Assembly: GCA_963664705.1 (NCBI GenBank)
Contig: OY761556.1
Span: forward strand, 1,952,001-2,016,000
From: Acidobacteriota bacterium
Lineage (GTDB): Bacteria; Acidobacteriota; UBA6911
DNA: 64,000 nt
Direction of reading: 5' to 3'
In this document: in pieces, positions 1 through 10,065 of the stretch
Numbering within the stretch: the first letter of the stretch is position 1
How the letters are laid out: each line of letters starts with the position of its first letter
Notes under the pieces: model-generated
What the model saw: only the letters and a program-made list of their open reading frames with translations
Told to the model about the DNA's origin: nothing
Database searches by the model: none
Made by a program: the position numbers and the translations under genes

Positions 1-1031
1 CGGATGTCTCGAGTCCCCATATCATTCGGGACATAGGGGAAGCGTTCCACTGCGCGATCGAGCAGCAGAATCTCGGAGGTAGGCATCTCGAGCGCAAAGC
101 CGATCCGTCGGTATGAACGGACTTCAGCGGCATGGTTCTGCATCGATTGTCCGAAACTGGTCTGGCAGAGTCGATCCTGCGTCAACCGGTCAAGATCAAC
201 ATCTGCAAAAGCCATCTGTGCCTTGTAGGTAAACCGGGGCGTTTCAGCCAGCCTGGTCCCGTTTTCATAGATCATCGCCTGGCCGTCCCAGGCAAGATCC
301 GTGGTGGATTCTCCATAGCCCGCAGCGCAGTAGGCGTATGCCGCAATGCAGCGTCCCGACTGATTGGAGACAAGCTGGGCGCGGTATTGAGCCTTGCCGG
401 TCGTAATATTCGAGGCAGAAAGATTGCAAAGCACGGTGGCGCCGGCAAGGGCGGCAAAGCATGACGGTGGGATCGGACTCCACAGGTCCTCGCAAATCTC
501 AACCGCGAAAGCAAAATCGGACCGATGCGCATCCTGAAATACCAGATTGGTTCCAAATGGAATATCTTCCTGACCCAGCAGCCGGATTTCTCGTGAAGAA
601 GCATAGTTTCCGGGCGCGAAATGACGCAGTTCGTAGAACTCGCGGTAATTCGGCGGATATGTTTTCGGCGTTACACCCAGGATTCTTCCACGATGGATGA
701 CCGCGGCACAATTGAACAGGAGCCCATCCACTCGCAGGGGCAAGCCCACGATGGCCACGAGATTGAACTGTTCAGATGCCTTCACGACCTCGGCCAAGGC
801 GGCAGTCGCGCCATCGAGCAGGCACTGCTGGCGAAAGAGATCTTCGCAGGTATAGCCGGTCAGCCCCAGTTCCGGGAATACGGCCAGCACCGCGCTTTGT
901 TGCGCACAAAGCTCCAGCTGCGCGATCATCTGCCGGGCGTTGAAGATCGGATCGGCAACACGAACTTCGGGAACACCAACCGCTATACGAATAAAATTAT
1001 GCCGGTACAGGTTAAAGAAATTCTTTTCCAT
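1..1031 (-). CDS. nadE: Glutamine-dependent NAD+ synthetase (5' part; runs off window start)
   Basis: Not in the ORF track. Manual translation from ATG at 1031 gives MEKNFFNLYRHNFIRIAVGVPEVRVADPIFN...AVFPELGLTGYTCEDLF...PKTYPPNYREFYELRHF, the nitrilase-like glutaminase domain of NadE. Confidence 0.9.
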   Translation of the reverse strand, partial: MEKNFFNLYRHNFIRIAVGVPEVRVADPIFNARQMIAQLELCAQQSAVLAVFPELGLTGYTCEDLFRQQCLLDGATAALAEVVKASEQFNLVAIVGLPLRVDGLLFNCAAVIHRGRILGVTPKTYPPNYREFYELRHFAPGNYASSREIRLLGQEDIPFGTNLVFQDAHRSDFAFAVEICEDLWSPIPPSCFAALAGATVLCNLSASNITTGKAQYRAQLVSNQSGRCIAAYAYCAAGYGESTTDLAWDGQAMIYENGTRLAETPRFTYKAQMAFADVDLDRLTQDRLCQTSFGQSMQNHAAEVRSYRRIGFALEMPTSEILLLDRAVERFPYVPNDMGTRDI

Positions 1032-1185
1032 GATGCACTGATGATGCATCAATCCCCAAATGGCATCAATGAAATCTTGTCCCGGCAACGCTTTTGAAGA
1101 GGAAGTCTTTCAGCGCTTTTTTATTGGAAAGGATGCACTTCAGCGGCAATAATCGACAACTATGCTGTCTTGAAAGGCAAAGCCC

Positions 1186-2148
1186 ATGAATGATTCCGAT
1201 GCATATATGACGAAGAGCTTTTCGGCATCCTACGATCTGACAACCAAAATGATCTCTGTTGCCGTTTGTGTACTCCTGGGTGGTGGCGCCTTGCTAACCG
1301 GCACCTGGATCGTTGGAATCATTGCCGTTCTCATTCTGGGGATAAGCTACGCCCTTTCACCCCGGGCTTACACCATTTCGGAAGGGATGGTTCAGGTAAG
1401 ACGCCTTGTTTCCAGCATCCTGATTCCGCTGCATGACATTCGCGCGGTGCGGATTGCCACCAAAGAAGATCTCAGGGGTTGTGTCCGAGTTTTCGGCAAT
1501 GGAGGCCTGTTTGGCTACTATGGCGTTTTCCGCACATCGGCGCTGGGCGTCTGCCATTGGTACGTCACAAATCGAGCCAATGCGGTGATCATAGATACTC
1601 CAACCAAGACATATCTTCTGAGCCCCGATGATGTGAGCCGGTTCATCGAGGAGGTCAAAGCGGTGGCACCCGTTCCGGCGCATCATGAGGGAGGGTTGCC
1701 CGGGGCAACAGGTGAGATTGCGCGCAAGCAATTCCACTGGAATGCCATCGGCGTCATTGGGTTGATTGGAGTTGTTTTGCTGGGAGCCGCAGCGTGGCTC
1801 TATTCACCGGGCCCACCGCAGTATACGCTCAATCCCGGCGGCTTGACCATTCATGATCGTTTCTATCCGGTAACACTCAGGGCTGTGGACATCGAAGTCG
1901 ACCGGATGCGGATTGTGGATATCGGCAATGATCCACACTGGCGCCCGGTTGCCCGCACAAACGGATTTGCCAATACTCACTATCGCGCCGGATGGTTCAA
2001 AGTCGCCGGCGGAGAGAAGGTCCGAATGTACCGGGCCGAGGCCAAACGCCTTGTTCTCCTGCCCTCGAAAGGCGAGATTCCCACGGTCCTGTTGGAAGTC
2101 GCACAGCCGGAGGCTTTCATCCGGGAGGCACAAAATACATGGAAATAA
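1186..2148 (+). CDS. Membrane protein with two bacterial PH (bPH_5-like) domains
   Basis: Two TM+PH units: RVFGNGGLFGYYGVF and VARTNGFANTHYRAGWF, ending in LLSPDD and LLEVAQPEAF respectively. Confidence 0.65.
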   Translation: MNDSDAYMTKSFSASYDLTTKMISVAVCVLLGGGALLTGTWIVGIIAVLILGISYALSPRAYTISEGMVQVRRLVSSILIPLHDIRAVRIATKEDLRGCVRVFGNGGLFGYYGVFRTSALGVCHWYVTNRANAVIIDTPTKTYLLSPDDVSRFIEEVKAVAPVPAHHEGGLPGATGEIARKQFHWNAIGVIGLIGVVLLGAAAWLYSPGPPQYTLNPGGLTIHDRFYPVTLRAVDIEVDRMRIVDIGNDPHWRPVARTNGFANTHYRAGWFKVAGGEKVRMYRAEAKRLVLLPSKGEIPTVLLEVAQPEAFIREAQNTWK

Positions 2149-2218
2149 GCGCCGTCACGATTGCGGAATTCGTGGGAGAAGCGCAGCCGCGCTAGCCAAG
2201 GATTTCGTGGTCGGAAGG

Positions 2219-2584
2219 TTATCCGCTGACCGATTTTACGGGCGCAGCTTCGCAGCTTTCAATGGCCGCTTTTTCATCTTCAAAAATATCAAAAAAACTG
2301 GCCAGCTTCGCCACCTCAAGCAGCTCCCGAACTCTTTTGGTAACGTGAAGAAGCTTCATTTGCCCTCCAACGCCATTGATGGAGGAATACGTGCGCATCA
2401 ACTCGCCTAATCCCGAACTGTCAATGTAATTGACTTCCTGCATGTTCAGAATGATGTTCTTTGTTCCATTTTCAAGGATGTTGCGTATGGCCTTTCTAAG
2501 CGACATGGTCCCTTCACCCAGCGTAATCTTGCCGCTGAGATCCAGGATTCGAATATCCCCGATGCTGCGCATTTGAATAATCAT
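2219..2584 (-). CDS. STAS-domain anti-sigma factor antagonist
   Basis: ILDLSGKITLGEG...VNYIDSSGLGEL contains the SpoIIAA/RsbV phospho-Ser motif. Confidence 0.9.
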   Translation of the reverse strand: MIIQMRSIGDIRILDLSGKITLGEGTMSLRKAIRNILENGTKNIILNMQEVNYIDSSGLGELMRTYSSINGVGGQMKLLHVTKRVRELLEVAKLASFFDIFEDEKAAIESCEAAPVKSVSG

Positions 2585-2738
2585 GGCAACCTAACCTCAC
2601 AAATGAGTCACGACAATAGGGACCTATGGGCAGGAGATTAGCCCAACGAGCCATGCGCGTCAAGCGATGCAGGCTTTGGGCGGACAGAATCCCGTCTCGG
2701 GGATCGAGGCGGAGGCAAAGCCGGGCGCTTCGCGATGA

Positions 2739-2830
2739 GGCTATTTACAATCATTTAACAGTCTACGGTGAAAGAACCGCCAATACTGGACGTCAATACT
2801 GTTAAACAACCTCTCTACTGTAAAGCAACC
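2739..2830 (-). ncRNA. Candidate structured RNA (long interrupted hairpin)
   Basis: On the minus strand GGUUGCUUUACAGU pairs with AUUGUAAAUAGCC and UUGUUUAACAGU pairs with ACUGUUAAAUGA. The G-U pairs work only on this strand. Confidence 0.35.
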
Positions 2831-2831
2831 A

Positions 2832-2862
2832 GGGAGCCATGGGAATTCCCACCATGGCTCCC
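2832..2862. terminator. GC-rich hairpin downstream of the PilZ gene
   Basis: GGGAGCCATGG-N9-CCATGGCTCCC, an 11-bp perfect stem with a weak U tract. Confidence 0.5.
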
Positions 2863-2893
2863 ACCTTCTTCGAGCATCATCCGAAGACAATCG

Positions 2894-3301
2894 CTAATTC
2901 GTCAGCTGGTATTTTTTCGCTGAGGGCTCGGGCTTCAGGCTATTGAGGAGGAAGGACAAATCGGCCGCATCCGCCTGCGATAGGGGAGTGAATTGCACCC
3001 CAATTCCATTGAAGTTCTCGTAATCGAGCAGAAAACGCCCAGAGTGAACGATGGTGCCGCGAAGCTTCATGTATTTCGGTTTTTTGCCCAGTCGAACTTT
3101 GAATACGACCTCGAACTCCGTTCCGGCCAGCACTGATTTCCTGGTATGGATAAAGGCTCCGCCCATCGAAAGATCCAGCAGCCGTCCAGGCAATATCTCT
3201 CCAGGAATGCGCAATGCACAGGGAATATTTACACGCTTGCGCAAGGTCTTTCTTTTATTCTCGACGCCAGTGCCATCGAGTTCATCCTGGACTTCGTCCA
3301 T
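2894..3301 (-). CDS. PilZ domain protein
   Basis: RKTLR (RxxxR) and DLSMGG (DxSxxG) c-di-GMP-binding motifs. Confidence 0.85.
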   Translation of the reverse strand: MDEVQDELDGTGVENKRKTLRKRVNIPCALRIPGEILPGRLLDLSMGGAFIHTRKSVLAGTEFEVVFKVRLGKKPKYMKLRGTIVHSGRFLLDYENFNGIGVQFTPLSQADAADLSFLLNSLKPEPSAKKYQLTN

Positions 3302-3398
3302 ATCAGGAATATCGGCAAAATAGAGTCAGGAATCAATAGGCCAAGCGATGATAAGAGTTATTTAATAATTAGCCGGATGGTGCGGTCGCCTTTTTTCG

Positions 3399-3440
3399 CC
3401 AAATTCCAATATCGGGGTCTGGCCCGATATTGGAATTTGG
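3399..3440. repeat. Perfect 18-bp inverted repeat (REP-like or terminator-like)
   Basis: CCAAATTCCAATATCGGG-GTCTGG-CCCGATATTGGAATTTGG. Confidence 0.7.
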
Positions 3441-3473
3441 GGGGAGCATGCGCGATGTCCCCGATTGTTTAGG

Positions 3474-3827
3474 CTATTGAGCTTTCTTGAGAGGAATTTC
3501 GGTGGTCTGGCCCATCATGTCAAACGTCAACTTGATCTGGTCAGCAGCGACGACTCCCTTGTATTCCAGCTTTATTTCCTGCCCGCCCATATCAAAAGAT
3601 ACGTTAAAGGAAATCTTGTTTCCGTCAATCTTGCCATCCTTAATCGGAATGGTTGTGTTGTCCGGACCCGATGAGGTGCCGGTCAGCGTGGTTCCTTCCG
3701 CCTTAAACGTATAGGAAACGGGGATATCCATTCCTGGGATCGTACCTGCCCATTTGCCGTCGACATCAGCAGCAAAAGCACAGGTGGCGGCAAGCAAAAC
3801 GGCGATTGCAAGCACGGTATATTTCAT
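3474..3827 (-). CDS. Small secreted beta-rich hypothetical protein
   Basis: Signal peptide MKYTVLAIAVLLAATCAFA, mature ADVDGKWAG; AGGAGG RBS before ATG at 3827 (start trimmed from the track). Confidence 0.75.
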   Translation of the reverse strand: MKYTVLAIAVLLAATCAFAADVDGKWAGTIPGMDIPVSYTFKAEGTTLTGTSSGPDNTTIPIKDGKIDGNKISFNVSFDMGGQEIKLEYKGVVAADQIKLTFDMMGQTTEIPLKKAQ

Positions 3828-4084
3828 GAAAAATCCTCCTTTTTTAGTGGTCAGGATACACGATTTTGTTTTACGCAAGGTAGGAATAATGCATTCCCAC
3901 GCGCTGCGCATTTGAACAGAACCGTTAAATCAGCGCAGGATGAGGATCACATTCAAAAACAAGCACATATACCTTTCTAGGAATAGCATTTTTGAGCTAT
4001 GCTACTGCCCGTCTCATTCTGATGCTCGCACTCTAAAGCCAATTGAGCGATTGCGGCGGTGGGTTTCCCGCCTGACAGGAATTT

Positions 4085-5611
4085 ATGTCCGCAGCGACGG
4101 AGCTGATAGAAAACGATTTTTCAGAAATTGAACGGTCATTGGCCCCTCAACCCTGGCTAGTTCGTGCAAGGCCCTGGATTTGCAAACTGGTTCCTCTCAT
4201 GGCGGCATTCTGTTTCCTGTCCTGGTGGATGCTGATGCTGAGACCGGATTTTTCCTGGGATGATGCGGAACCGGAGGTTCTGGATCAGGCATGGCGACTT
4301 GCCAAAGGAGAATCCATCTACAGAAACATTGGGGAGCCGCCTTACGCGATCCCTATTTATCCTCCATTGTACCTGGCCGCGGTTGCTGCTTTGTTGAAGC
4401 TGACCGGGTTGAGTTATCTGCCGGCAAGGCTGATATCGCTTTTCTCCGGACTTTGCATCTGGTTGGCTTTTATGCAACTGGATAGGGAATGGAACCGGCG
4501 GCGCGGAGGAGGCCTGTGGGCGGGGTTCCTGCTCTTTCTTGTTCCTGCATTCCTTTATAACGTACTCCGCAGTCATGTGCAGATGATGGCTGTCGCCCTT
4601 TCCATCTGGTCACTGGTGTTTTTTCTTCGCAATCATCGAATCTACAGTCTCCTGTTAAGCCCGTTGTTTGCGGTTCTGGCTTTCTATACGAAGCAGACAC
4701 AGATAGCCTTGCCGCTAGCCATCGCGACCTATTTGCTGATATGCAATCGCCGTTGGCTGTTGCCTTATGTATCCATCATGGCGGCAGGCCTGCTGATTCC
4801 ATTTCTTTGGCTGCAAAAGATCACCGGCGGACGTTTCTTTCTGGATGCGGTGCAACTTGCCAGGCTCAGCTATGACCCGCTCAAGATTCCACAGATCTTC
4901 CTTCATCATGCCGGGCCCATCCTGGTCTTTATCATCATGGCGTGCTGCATTCTGTATCGTCGACTGCGCAGGCTGGAGATGGAACCGGTCGACTTTTATT
5001 TTTTAGTTTCCATGTTCATAACAATGGCCTCCTTAGGACGGGTCGGCGCACATGGTCAGTATGTTGTGGAACTCATTGCTGTCACCTTTGTATATCTGAT
5101 CCGAATGGCCGGAGTGCCATCTGTGCGCCGTTGGGGAAGCTGGGTGTCCATCCAAGTTCTGCTGCTCTTGATTTACGCGCCGCTTTTTGTCTTTTTCGAA
5201 CAGGGACTGGAGGCCAGGGCTGCCAACCAGGCCAGCCGTGAAGTATATAAAGTCCTCCAGGGTGGAGCCGGACCGGTTCTTTCCCAGCAGGGAAGCTTTC
5301 CCTTATTCAGCCGTGGGCAGATTTATATCCAGTTATTTCATTTTGCGGGCTTGTCCAGAGCCGGGAAATGGGATCAGGCGCACATAACGACCGATATTTC
5401 CGATCGAATTTTTCCTTACGTCATCACGGGATTTCCCATTGAAGGCTCGGAAACAACGGAAGACAGCGAGGAGAGATTCACGCCCGAAATGATTCTCGCA
5501 CTGCGGGAAAACTACCAGCGCACTCGGTGTATATATCCCTATTACCTGTATACACCCAAAAAGGGGACCGCATTGAAAAAAGCGAACGCCGTTGTTCGCG
5601 CCAATGGATAA
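4085..5611 (+). CDS. Polytopic membrane protein, GT-C/ArnT(PMT_2)-like glycosyltransferase
   Basis: DDAEP loop after TM1, YPPLY, ARLISL and FYTKQT motifs, and many TM segments. Confidence 0.6.
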   Translation: MSAATELIENDFSEIERSLAPQPWLVRARPWICKLVPLMAAFCFLSWWMLMLRPDFSWDDAEPEVLDQAWRLAKGESIYRNIGEPPYAIPIYPPLYLAAVAALLKLTGLSYLPARLISLFSGLCIWLAFMQLDREWNRRRGGGLWAGFLLFLVPAFLYNVLRSHVQMMAVALSIWSLVFFLRNHRIYSLLLSPLFAVLAFYTKQTQIALPLAIATYLLICNRRWLLPYVSIMAAGLLIPFLWLQKITGGRFFLDAVQLARLSYDPLKIPQIFLHHAGPILVFIIMACCILYRRLRRLEMEPVDFYFLVSMFITMASLGRVGAHGQYVVELIAVTFVYLIRMAGVPSVRRWGSWVSIQVLLLLIYAPLFVFFEQGLEARAANQASREVYKVLQGGAGPVLSQQGSFPLFSRGQIYIQLFHFAGLSRAGKWDQAHITTDISDRIFPYVITGFPIEGSETTEDSEERFTPEMILALRENYQRTRCIYPYYLYTPKKGTALKKANAVVRANG

Positions 5612-5680
5612 TTGGAGCTGTGTGGTCGAACCGGGTACAAGTCGACGGTGCACTATTATTCGCTGAGTGGGAGGCACCTG

Positions 5681-7084
5681 ATGAAAAGGCATAAATCCCC
5701 AAAAACTGTTTCCGAGGCTGCAAGGGAAATACCGGTATGGCGAGAGGTTGACGTCGTTGTCGTCGGAGGCGGGCCCGGAGGAGTGGGGGCGGCGATTGCG
5801 GCCGCCAGAACTGGCGCTCGCACGGTCCTGCTCGAGCGATACGGACATCTCGGGGGAATGGCGAGTGGCGGATTGATCAATATTCTGCCAAATCTGAGCG
5901 ATATCAGCGGCAAACAGCACATATTCGGATTGAACCAGGAAATAATATCCCGCATGGAGGCAAGGGGAGCCGCTTTTTACCCGAAAAAGGAGCATTGGGG
6001 AACCACCGATGCAGATGTTGTGGATTATTACCATGGTGCCTATATGTCCTGGTTCTACATCCGCAGAGACCCAAATATCGGCGGGAAAGAGCGGGTGCTT
6101 TATACAGCCGTCGTCGATCCCGAAGTGTTGAAAGATGAACTGAACGATATGGTCATCGAAGCGGGCGCCGAAATTCTACTGCACTCCTGGGGAACGCGTC
6201 CCATTGTGGAAGGCAACACTGTTAAGGGTGTGTTCTTTGAAAGCAAATCGGGCAGGCAGGCAATCCTGGCTAAGGTTGTGATTGATTCCACGGGTGATGG
6301 GGACATCTTTGTGGGAGCAGGCGCGGAATACGATGATGAATTGGATAACGAAATCCGAACCGCCTGGCTTGCCTTTACCTTCTGGCTGGCCAATGTGGAC
6401 ATCAAACGCGTTGAGGAATTCCGCAAGACTCAGCCAGTCAAGCACGGGGAATTAATGCAGGAACTCACGCGGCTCGGTGGGTATACCAATTACTTCAATG
6501 GAATCCTGAAAAATCAGGAAGGAGTGCTGTGGTTCCACACCTTCCAGGTCCAGCCGGAGGCGTCCGATGCCCAGGATGTTGAGGAGCTTTCCAGAGTCGA
6601 TATTCGAGGCCGTAAACGTGCCTTGATAACCTATGAGTTCATGAGGAAATACATGCCGGGTTGCGAGAAGAGCTTCATTATGCAGACGGCGCCGCAGTTG
6701 GGAACCCAGGGAGGGCGTAGAGTTATTGGCGAATATGTTCTCAGCCCCAAGGACATGGAATCGGATGAAGTATTTGAGGATACCATTGCCATTCTTGCCA
6801 ACAATGACAACGGAGAAATTTCAGCGAAGCATCCGAGCATATGTATCCCCTATCGCTGCCTCGTTCCAGCCAGGATGGACGGGCTTCTGGTAGCCTGCCG
6901 CGCGTTTTCATCCACAAACAGCGTCAATCAATATTTTAATATTATTCCTCCTTGCATCGCTTACGGCCAGGCTGCGGGTACGGCAGCCGCGATGGCCGCC
7001 AAATCTGGGATTCAACCGCGAAAGGTCGATTACAAGGCATTGCAGGGCAATCTCCTGAAGCAGGGAGTTCATCTGCCCGTGTAG
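5681..7084 (+). CDS. FAD-dependent oxidoreductase (FAD_oxidored family)
   Basis: VVVVGGGPGG, LERYGHLGG, IDSTGDGD, IPYRCLVP, GQAAGTAA; start at ATG 5681 after GGAGG. Confidence 0.85.
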   Translation: MKRHKSPKTVSEAAREIPVWREVDVVVVGGGPGGVGAAIAAARTGARTVLLERYGHLGGMASGGLINILPNLSDISGKQHIFGLNQEIISRMEARGAAFYPKKEHWGTTDADVVDYYHGAYMSWFYIRRDPNIGGKERVLYTAVVDPEVLKDELNDMVIEAGAEILLHSWGTRPIVEGNTVKGVFFESKSGRQAILAKVVIDSTGDGDIFVGAGAEYDDELDNEIRTAWLAFTFWLANVDIKRVEEFRKTQPVKHGELMQELTRLGGYTNYFNGILKNQEGVLWFHTFQVQPEASDAQDVEELSRVDIRGRKRALITYEFMRKYMPGCEKSFIMQTAPQLGTQGGRRVIGEYVLSPKDMESDEVFEDTIAILANNDNGEISAKHPSICIPYRCLVPARMDGLLVACRAFSSTNSVNQYFNIIPPCIAYGQAAGTAAAMAAKSGIQPRKVDYKALQGNLLKQGVHLPV

Positions 7085-7149
7085 ATATGCGATAAGCAGG
7101 ATTCGTGGCAAAAAGAGAAGCTCAAATTCACCAGCAATAAAGGGAAGAA

Positions 7150-8079
7150 ATGTCTGGAACTCAACCCAATCGACCGATTGTTATCTATGCCGCCGTGGCC
7201 GCAAACCTGGCTATTGCCGCCACCAAGTTTATTTGTGCCGCTTTCACGGGAAGTTCTGCAATGCTGTCGGAGGCGATTCACTCGCTGGTGGACACCGGCA
7301 ATGAGTCCCTTCTGCTTGTCGGGTTGCGTTTGAGCAAGAAGAAGCCCGATTCCAGGCATCCCTTCGGATATGGCAAAGAACTCTATTTTTGGAGCCTGAT
7401 TGTTGCCGTCATTTTGTTCGGAATCGGCGGCGGAATGGCGATTTATGAAGGGGTTCTTCATGTCATTCATCCCGTGGAATCGGGAAGCCCGATCTGGAAC
7501 TATATTGTCCTCGGTATCGCTTTTCTGTTCGACGGGATCTCCTGGTCTATTGCGCTTCGCGAATTTCGTGTGGAGAAGGGCTCCAAGGGATTCTGGCATG
7601 CCTATCGGAGCAGCAAGGATCCGGCCATCTTTACCGTGCTTGCGGAAGATACTGCCGACCTGTTGGGATTGATCATCGCGGTTTTGGGAGTTTTTCTCAG
7701 CCATTTCTTCCATCTGCCGGTAATAGATGGGATCGCGTCCATCCTCATTGGATTTCTGCTGGCGGGAGTGGGCTTGCTGCTGGTGTATGAAAGCAGGGGG
7801 CTGTTGATCGGAGAAAGTTCCGAGCCCGAAGTACTGGAAAGGATCAATCAGATTGTAACCGCGGACCCGTGCGTGGAAAGGGTCCTGGATCCTCTGACCA
7901 TGCATTTCGGGCCGGACGAAATTCTCCTCAACATGGAAGTCGCATTCAGTGAGGGGATCGTCACCCCATCATTGAGAGAAACTATCGACCGGCTGGAGGA
8001 GAATATCCGCAGGCAATATCCGAATATCAAGCATATCTACATAGAGGCGGCTTCTTTAAAAGAGTCGGTTCGAAAATAG
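7150..8079 (+). CDS. Cation diffusion facilitator transporter
   Basis: SAMLSEAIHSLVDTGN, HPFGYGKE, EDTAD and a C-terminal dimerisation domain. Confidence 0.9.
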   Translation: MSGTQPNRPIVIYAAVAANLAIAATKFICAAFTGSSAMLSEAIHSLVDTGNESLLLVGLRLSKKKPDSRHPFGYGKELYFWSLIVAVILFGIGGGMAIYEGVLHVIHPVESGSPIWNYIVLGIAFLFDGISWSIALREFRVEKGSKGFWHAYRSSKDPAIFTVLAEDTADLLGLIIAVLGVFLSHFFHLPVIDGIASILIGFLLAGVGLLLVYESRGLLIGESSEPEVLERINQIVTADPCVERVLDPLTMHFGPDEILLNMEVAFSEGIVTPSLRETIDRLEENIRRQYPNIKHIYIEAASLKESVRK

Positions 8080-8124
8080 CCGGGAAGTTACCGGGAGCGC
8101 CAGTTGTCGAGGGTGAAGCCCATC

Positions 8125-8184
8125 GGAGCGCGGTGGCTTGCCACCGCCTTCGTTTTCAAAGGCGGCAGCAAGCGACGGCCGTCC
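8125..8184. repeat. REP-like palindromic element between convergent genes
   Basis: GGAGCGCGGTGGCTTGCCACCGCCTT...AAAGGCGGCAGCAAGC, with internal hairpin GCGGTGGC-TT-GCCACCGC and a degenerate inverted partner. Confidence 0.5.
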
Positions 8185-8190
8185 CGGAGC

Positions 8191-9609
8191 TTATCCTTTA
8201 ACAGCCACCTGGATCGGTTTAAACATCTTTTTGCTTACCTTGCAAAGCGGGCAGACCCAGTCATCGGGGATTTTCTCAAAGGGAGTTCCCGGAGGAATCC
8301 CCGCTGCCGGATCTCCCTTGGCGGGATCGTAGACATAGCGACAAACCGGGCACATATAGCGGGTTTCCATTCTGGCTTCCGCCGGGGCGGAAGGAGCGGC
8401 ATTATCATTGGGTGCCGCCGCCTTCTTTTGTTCCTGCGACTCGGAATACTTGGTGCGGATCGTTTCAGCCAGCGCCTCCAGCGCCTGGTAGTCCTTTTCC
8501 CTTGGGCGTCCCTTGATGAGCACAGGGGGAAGGAGTTCCACCTTCAGGCTCGGCATCAGCGATTGCAGAGCTTCAGGCAATCGCCCCCCCCATCCAAAAG
8601 ATCCGATGACCGAAAAATATTTTGCCTTCGGGCGCAGCAGATTAGCCAGAAGAGCCGCATAGGCTACCTTCGGATGCGGACCGCCCAGCACCATCGGGGA
8701 GCCCATAACAATGGCGGTTGCATCCACAAGCGACATCGCAAGTTTGCCGACATCCGCGTCAGCCAGGTTGAACTGTTCAGCGTGGATCCCGCGCTCAGCA
8801 CAGGCTTCGACGAGGTGCTCCACCATCCGTCGTGTGCTTTCGTGCATGGAAATGTAGGGAATCACAACCAGGTTCTTGGTCCTGGGGGAAATCCATTCGC
8901 GATAAGCGTCAATGATGCGCTGCGGCTCTTTGTAGATGGGGCCGTGACTGGGGGCGATGAGCTGGGCATTCAGCCTGGTAACAGAATCCATCTTGGCTTC
9001 GATCATGCTTTTGAAGGGCATCATAATCTCGGCATAGTATCGCTTGGCGGAGCTGAATACCTCGGGCTGATCGGTGACGAACAGATCCGCAGTGGCTATA
9101 TGCGAGCCAAACAGATCACAGGTAAACAAAATGCGATTCTGCGGAAGCCACGTCAGCATGGTTTCCGGCCAATGCACCCATGGGAAAGAAATGAACTGCA
9201 GGTTGCGTCCCCCGAGATCCACTGTTTCTCCATCCTGGACAACGCGGATTTTCTCCGCCGGAATTTCGAGCAGATCCATCAGCATTCCTTTGCCTTTTTC
9301 GCTGGTCAGCACCTGCGCCATGGGAAATGCCTCCAGCACGTCCGGGATGGTTCCCGCGTGGTCCTGCTCCGCATGGTTGGCAACAATGTAGTCAATGCGT
9401 TTAAGCTTCAGCGTTTCCAGTCTGGCAAACAGAATATCCCTCATGCTGGGATCGACGCCGTCTATCAGCGCCACTTTTTCAGAGCCCTGAACCACGTAGC
9501 TGTTATAACTTGTCCCATCCGGGAGAGGGATGAGACCGTCAAAGAGCCTGCGGTCCCAGTCGATCGCCCCTACCCACCAGACTCCATCGCTGATTTTCCT
9601 TGCATGCAT
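8191..9609 (-). CDS. fprA: Flavodiiron protein with C-terminal rubredoxin domain (flavorubredoxin-like O2/NO reductase)
   Basis: GTSYNSY, NHAEQDH, HWPET, CDLFG and PSHG diiron motifs, a flavodoxin domain (GSFGWGG), and rubredoxin [10 protein letters not shown]...WVCPLC. Confidence 0.9.
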   Translation of the reverse strand: MHARKISDGVWWVGAIDWDRRLFDGLIPLPDGTSYNSYVVQGSEKVALIDGVDPSMRDILFARLETLKLKRIDYIVANHAEQDHAGTIPDVLEAFPMAQVLTSEKGKGMLMDLLEIPAEKIRVVQDGETVDLGGRNLQFISFPWVHWPETMLTWLPQNRILFTCDLFGSHIATADLFVTDQPEVFSSAKRYYAEIMMPFKSMIEAKMDSVTRLNAQLIAPSHGPIYKEPQRIIDAYREWISPRTKNLVVIPYISMHESTRRMVEHLVEACAERGIHAEQFNLADADVGKLAMSLVDATAIVMGSPMVLGGPHPKVAYAALLANLLRPKAKYFSVIGSFGWGGRLPEALQSLMPSLKVELLPPVLIKGRPREKDYQALEALAETIRTKYSESQEQKKAAAPNDNAAPSAPAEARMETRYMCPVCRYVYDPAKGDPAAGIPPGTPFEKIPDDWVCPLCKVSKKMFKPIQVAVKG

Positions 9610-9702
9610 GGTTCCTTCATCCTTTCAAACTAGTGCATATAGACCAGTCATGATTTTAGAGCAATATTATAAATTAGCAACTCTACCGGTGAAATGCTCG
9701 AT

Positions 9703-9894
9703 TCAGATCTTCCGCAAAAGTCGGGCGGGCAGCATGATGATGGACGACACCATTGCCAGTACTCCGCCCACCGCAATTCCCACTATTCTGAAAGGGAGCA
9801 GAAGCAGCCAGAGAATTGGATAAAGCACAAGCGCAAGCAGCGCGATGGGCCAGCACAAAACAAAAAGAATGCACCAAAGCAGGAATTTGACCAT
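9703..9894 (-). CDS. Small hydrophobic membrane protein
   Basis: MVKFLLWCILFVLCWPIALLALVLYP..., with GGAGG RBS upstream of ATG 9894. Confidence 0.7.
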   Translation of the reverse strand: MVKFLLWCILFVLCWPIALLALVLYPILWLLLLPFRIVGIAVGGVLAMVSSIIMLPARLLRKI

Positions 9895-10065
9895 AGTTCC
9901 TCCCAAGGCAAGTAACCATCGTAGCACCTTTTCCAGGTTCGAACTGCATTTTCCGATTTTCTTTCGCCGGCATCACCATTTCTTTGCTTCTTCCTGTCTT
10001 TAAGTCTATCTGAGCCGATTTTTCTGCGATAATACCCTTGGCAGGGCTTCCTCGCGGAGGTGCGG

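Noticed and set aside
8104-9633. Long antisense ORFs (509 aa here; also 30362-31648, 38911-40080, 51797-52684, 60544-61758)
   Set aside because: Shadow frames opposite well-supported genes, with no recognisable motifs.
9650-9680. PerR-like box upstream of the flavodiiron gene
   Set aside because: Only one half-site (ATTATAA) matches.
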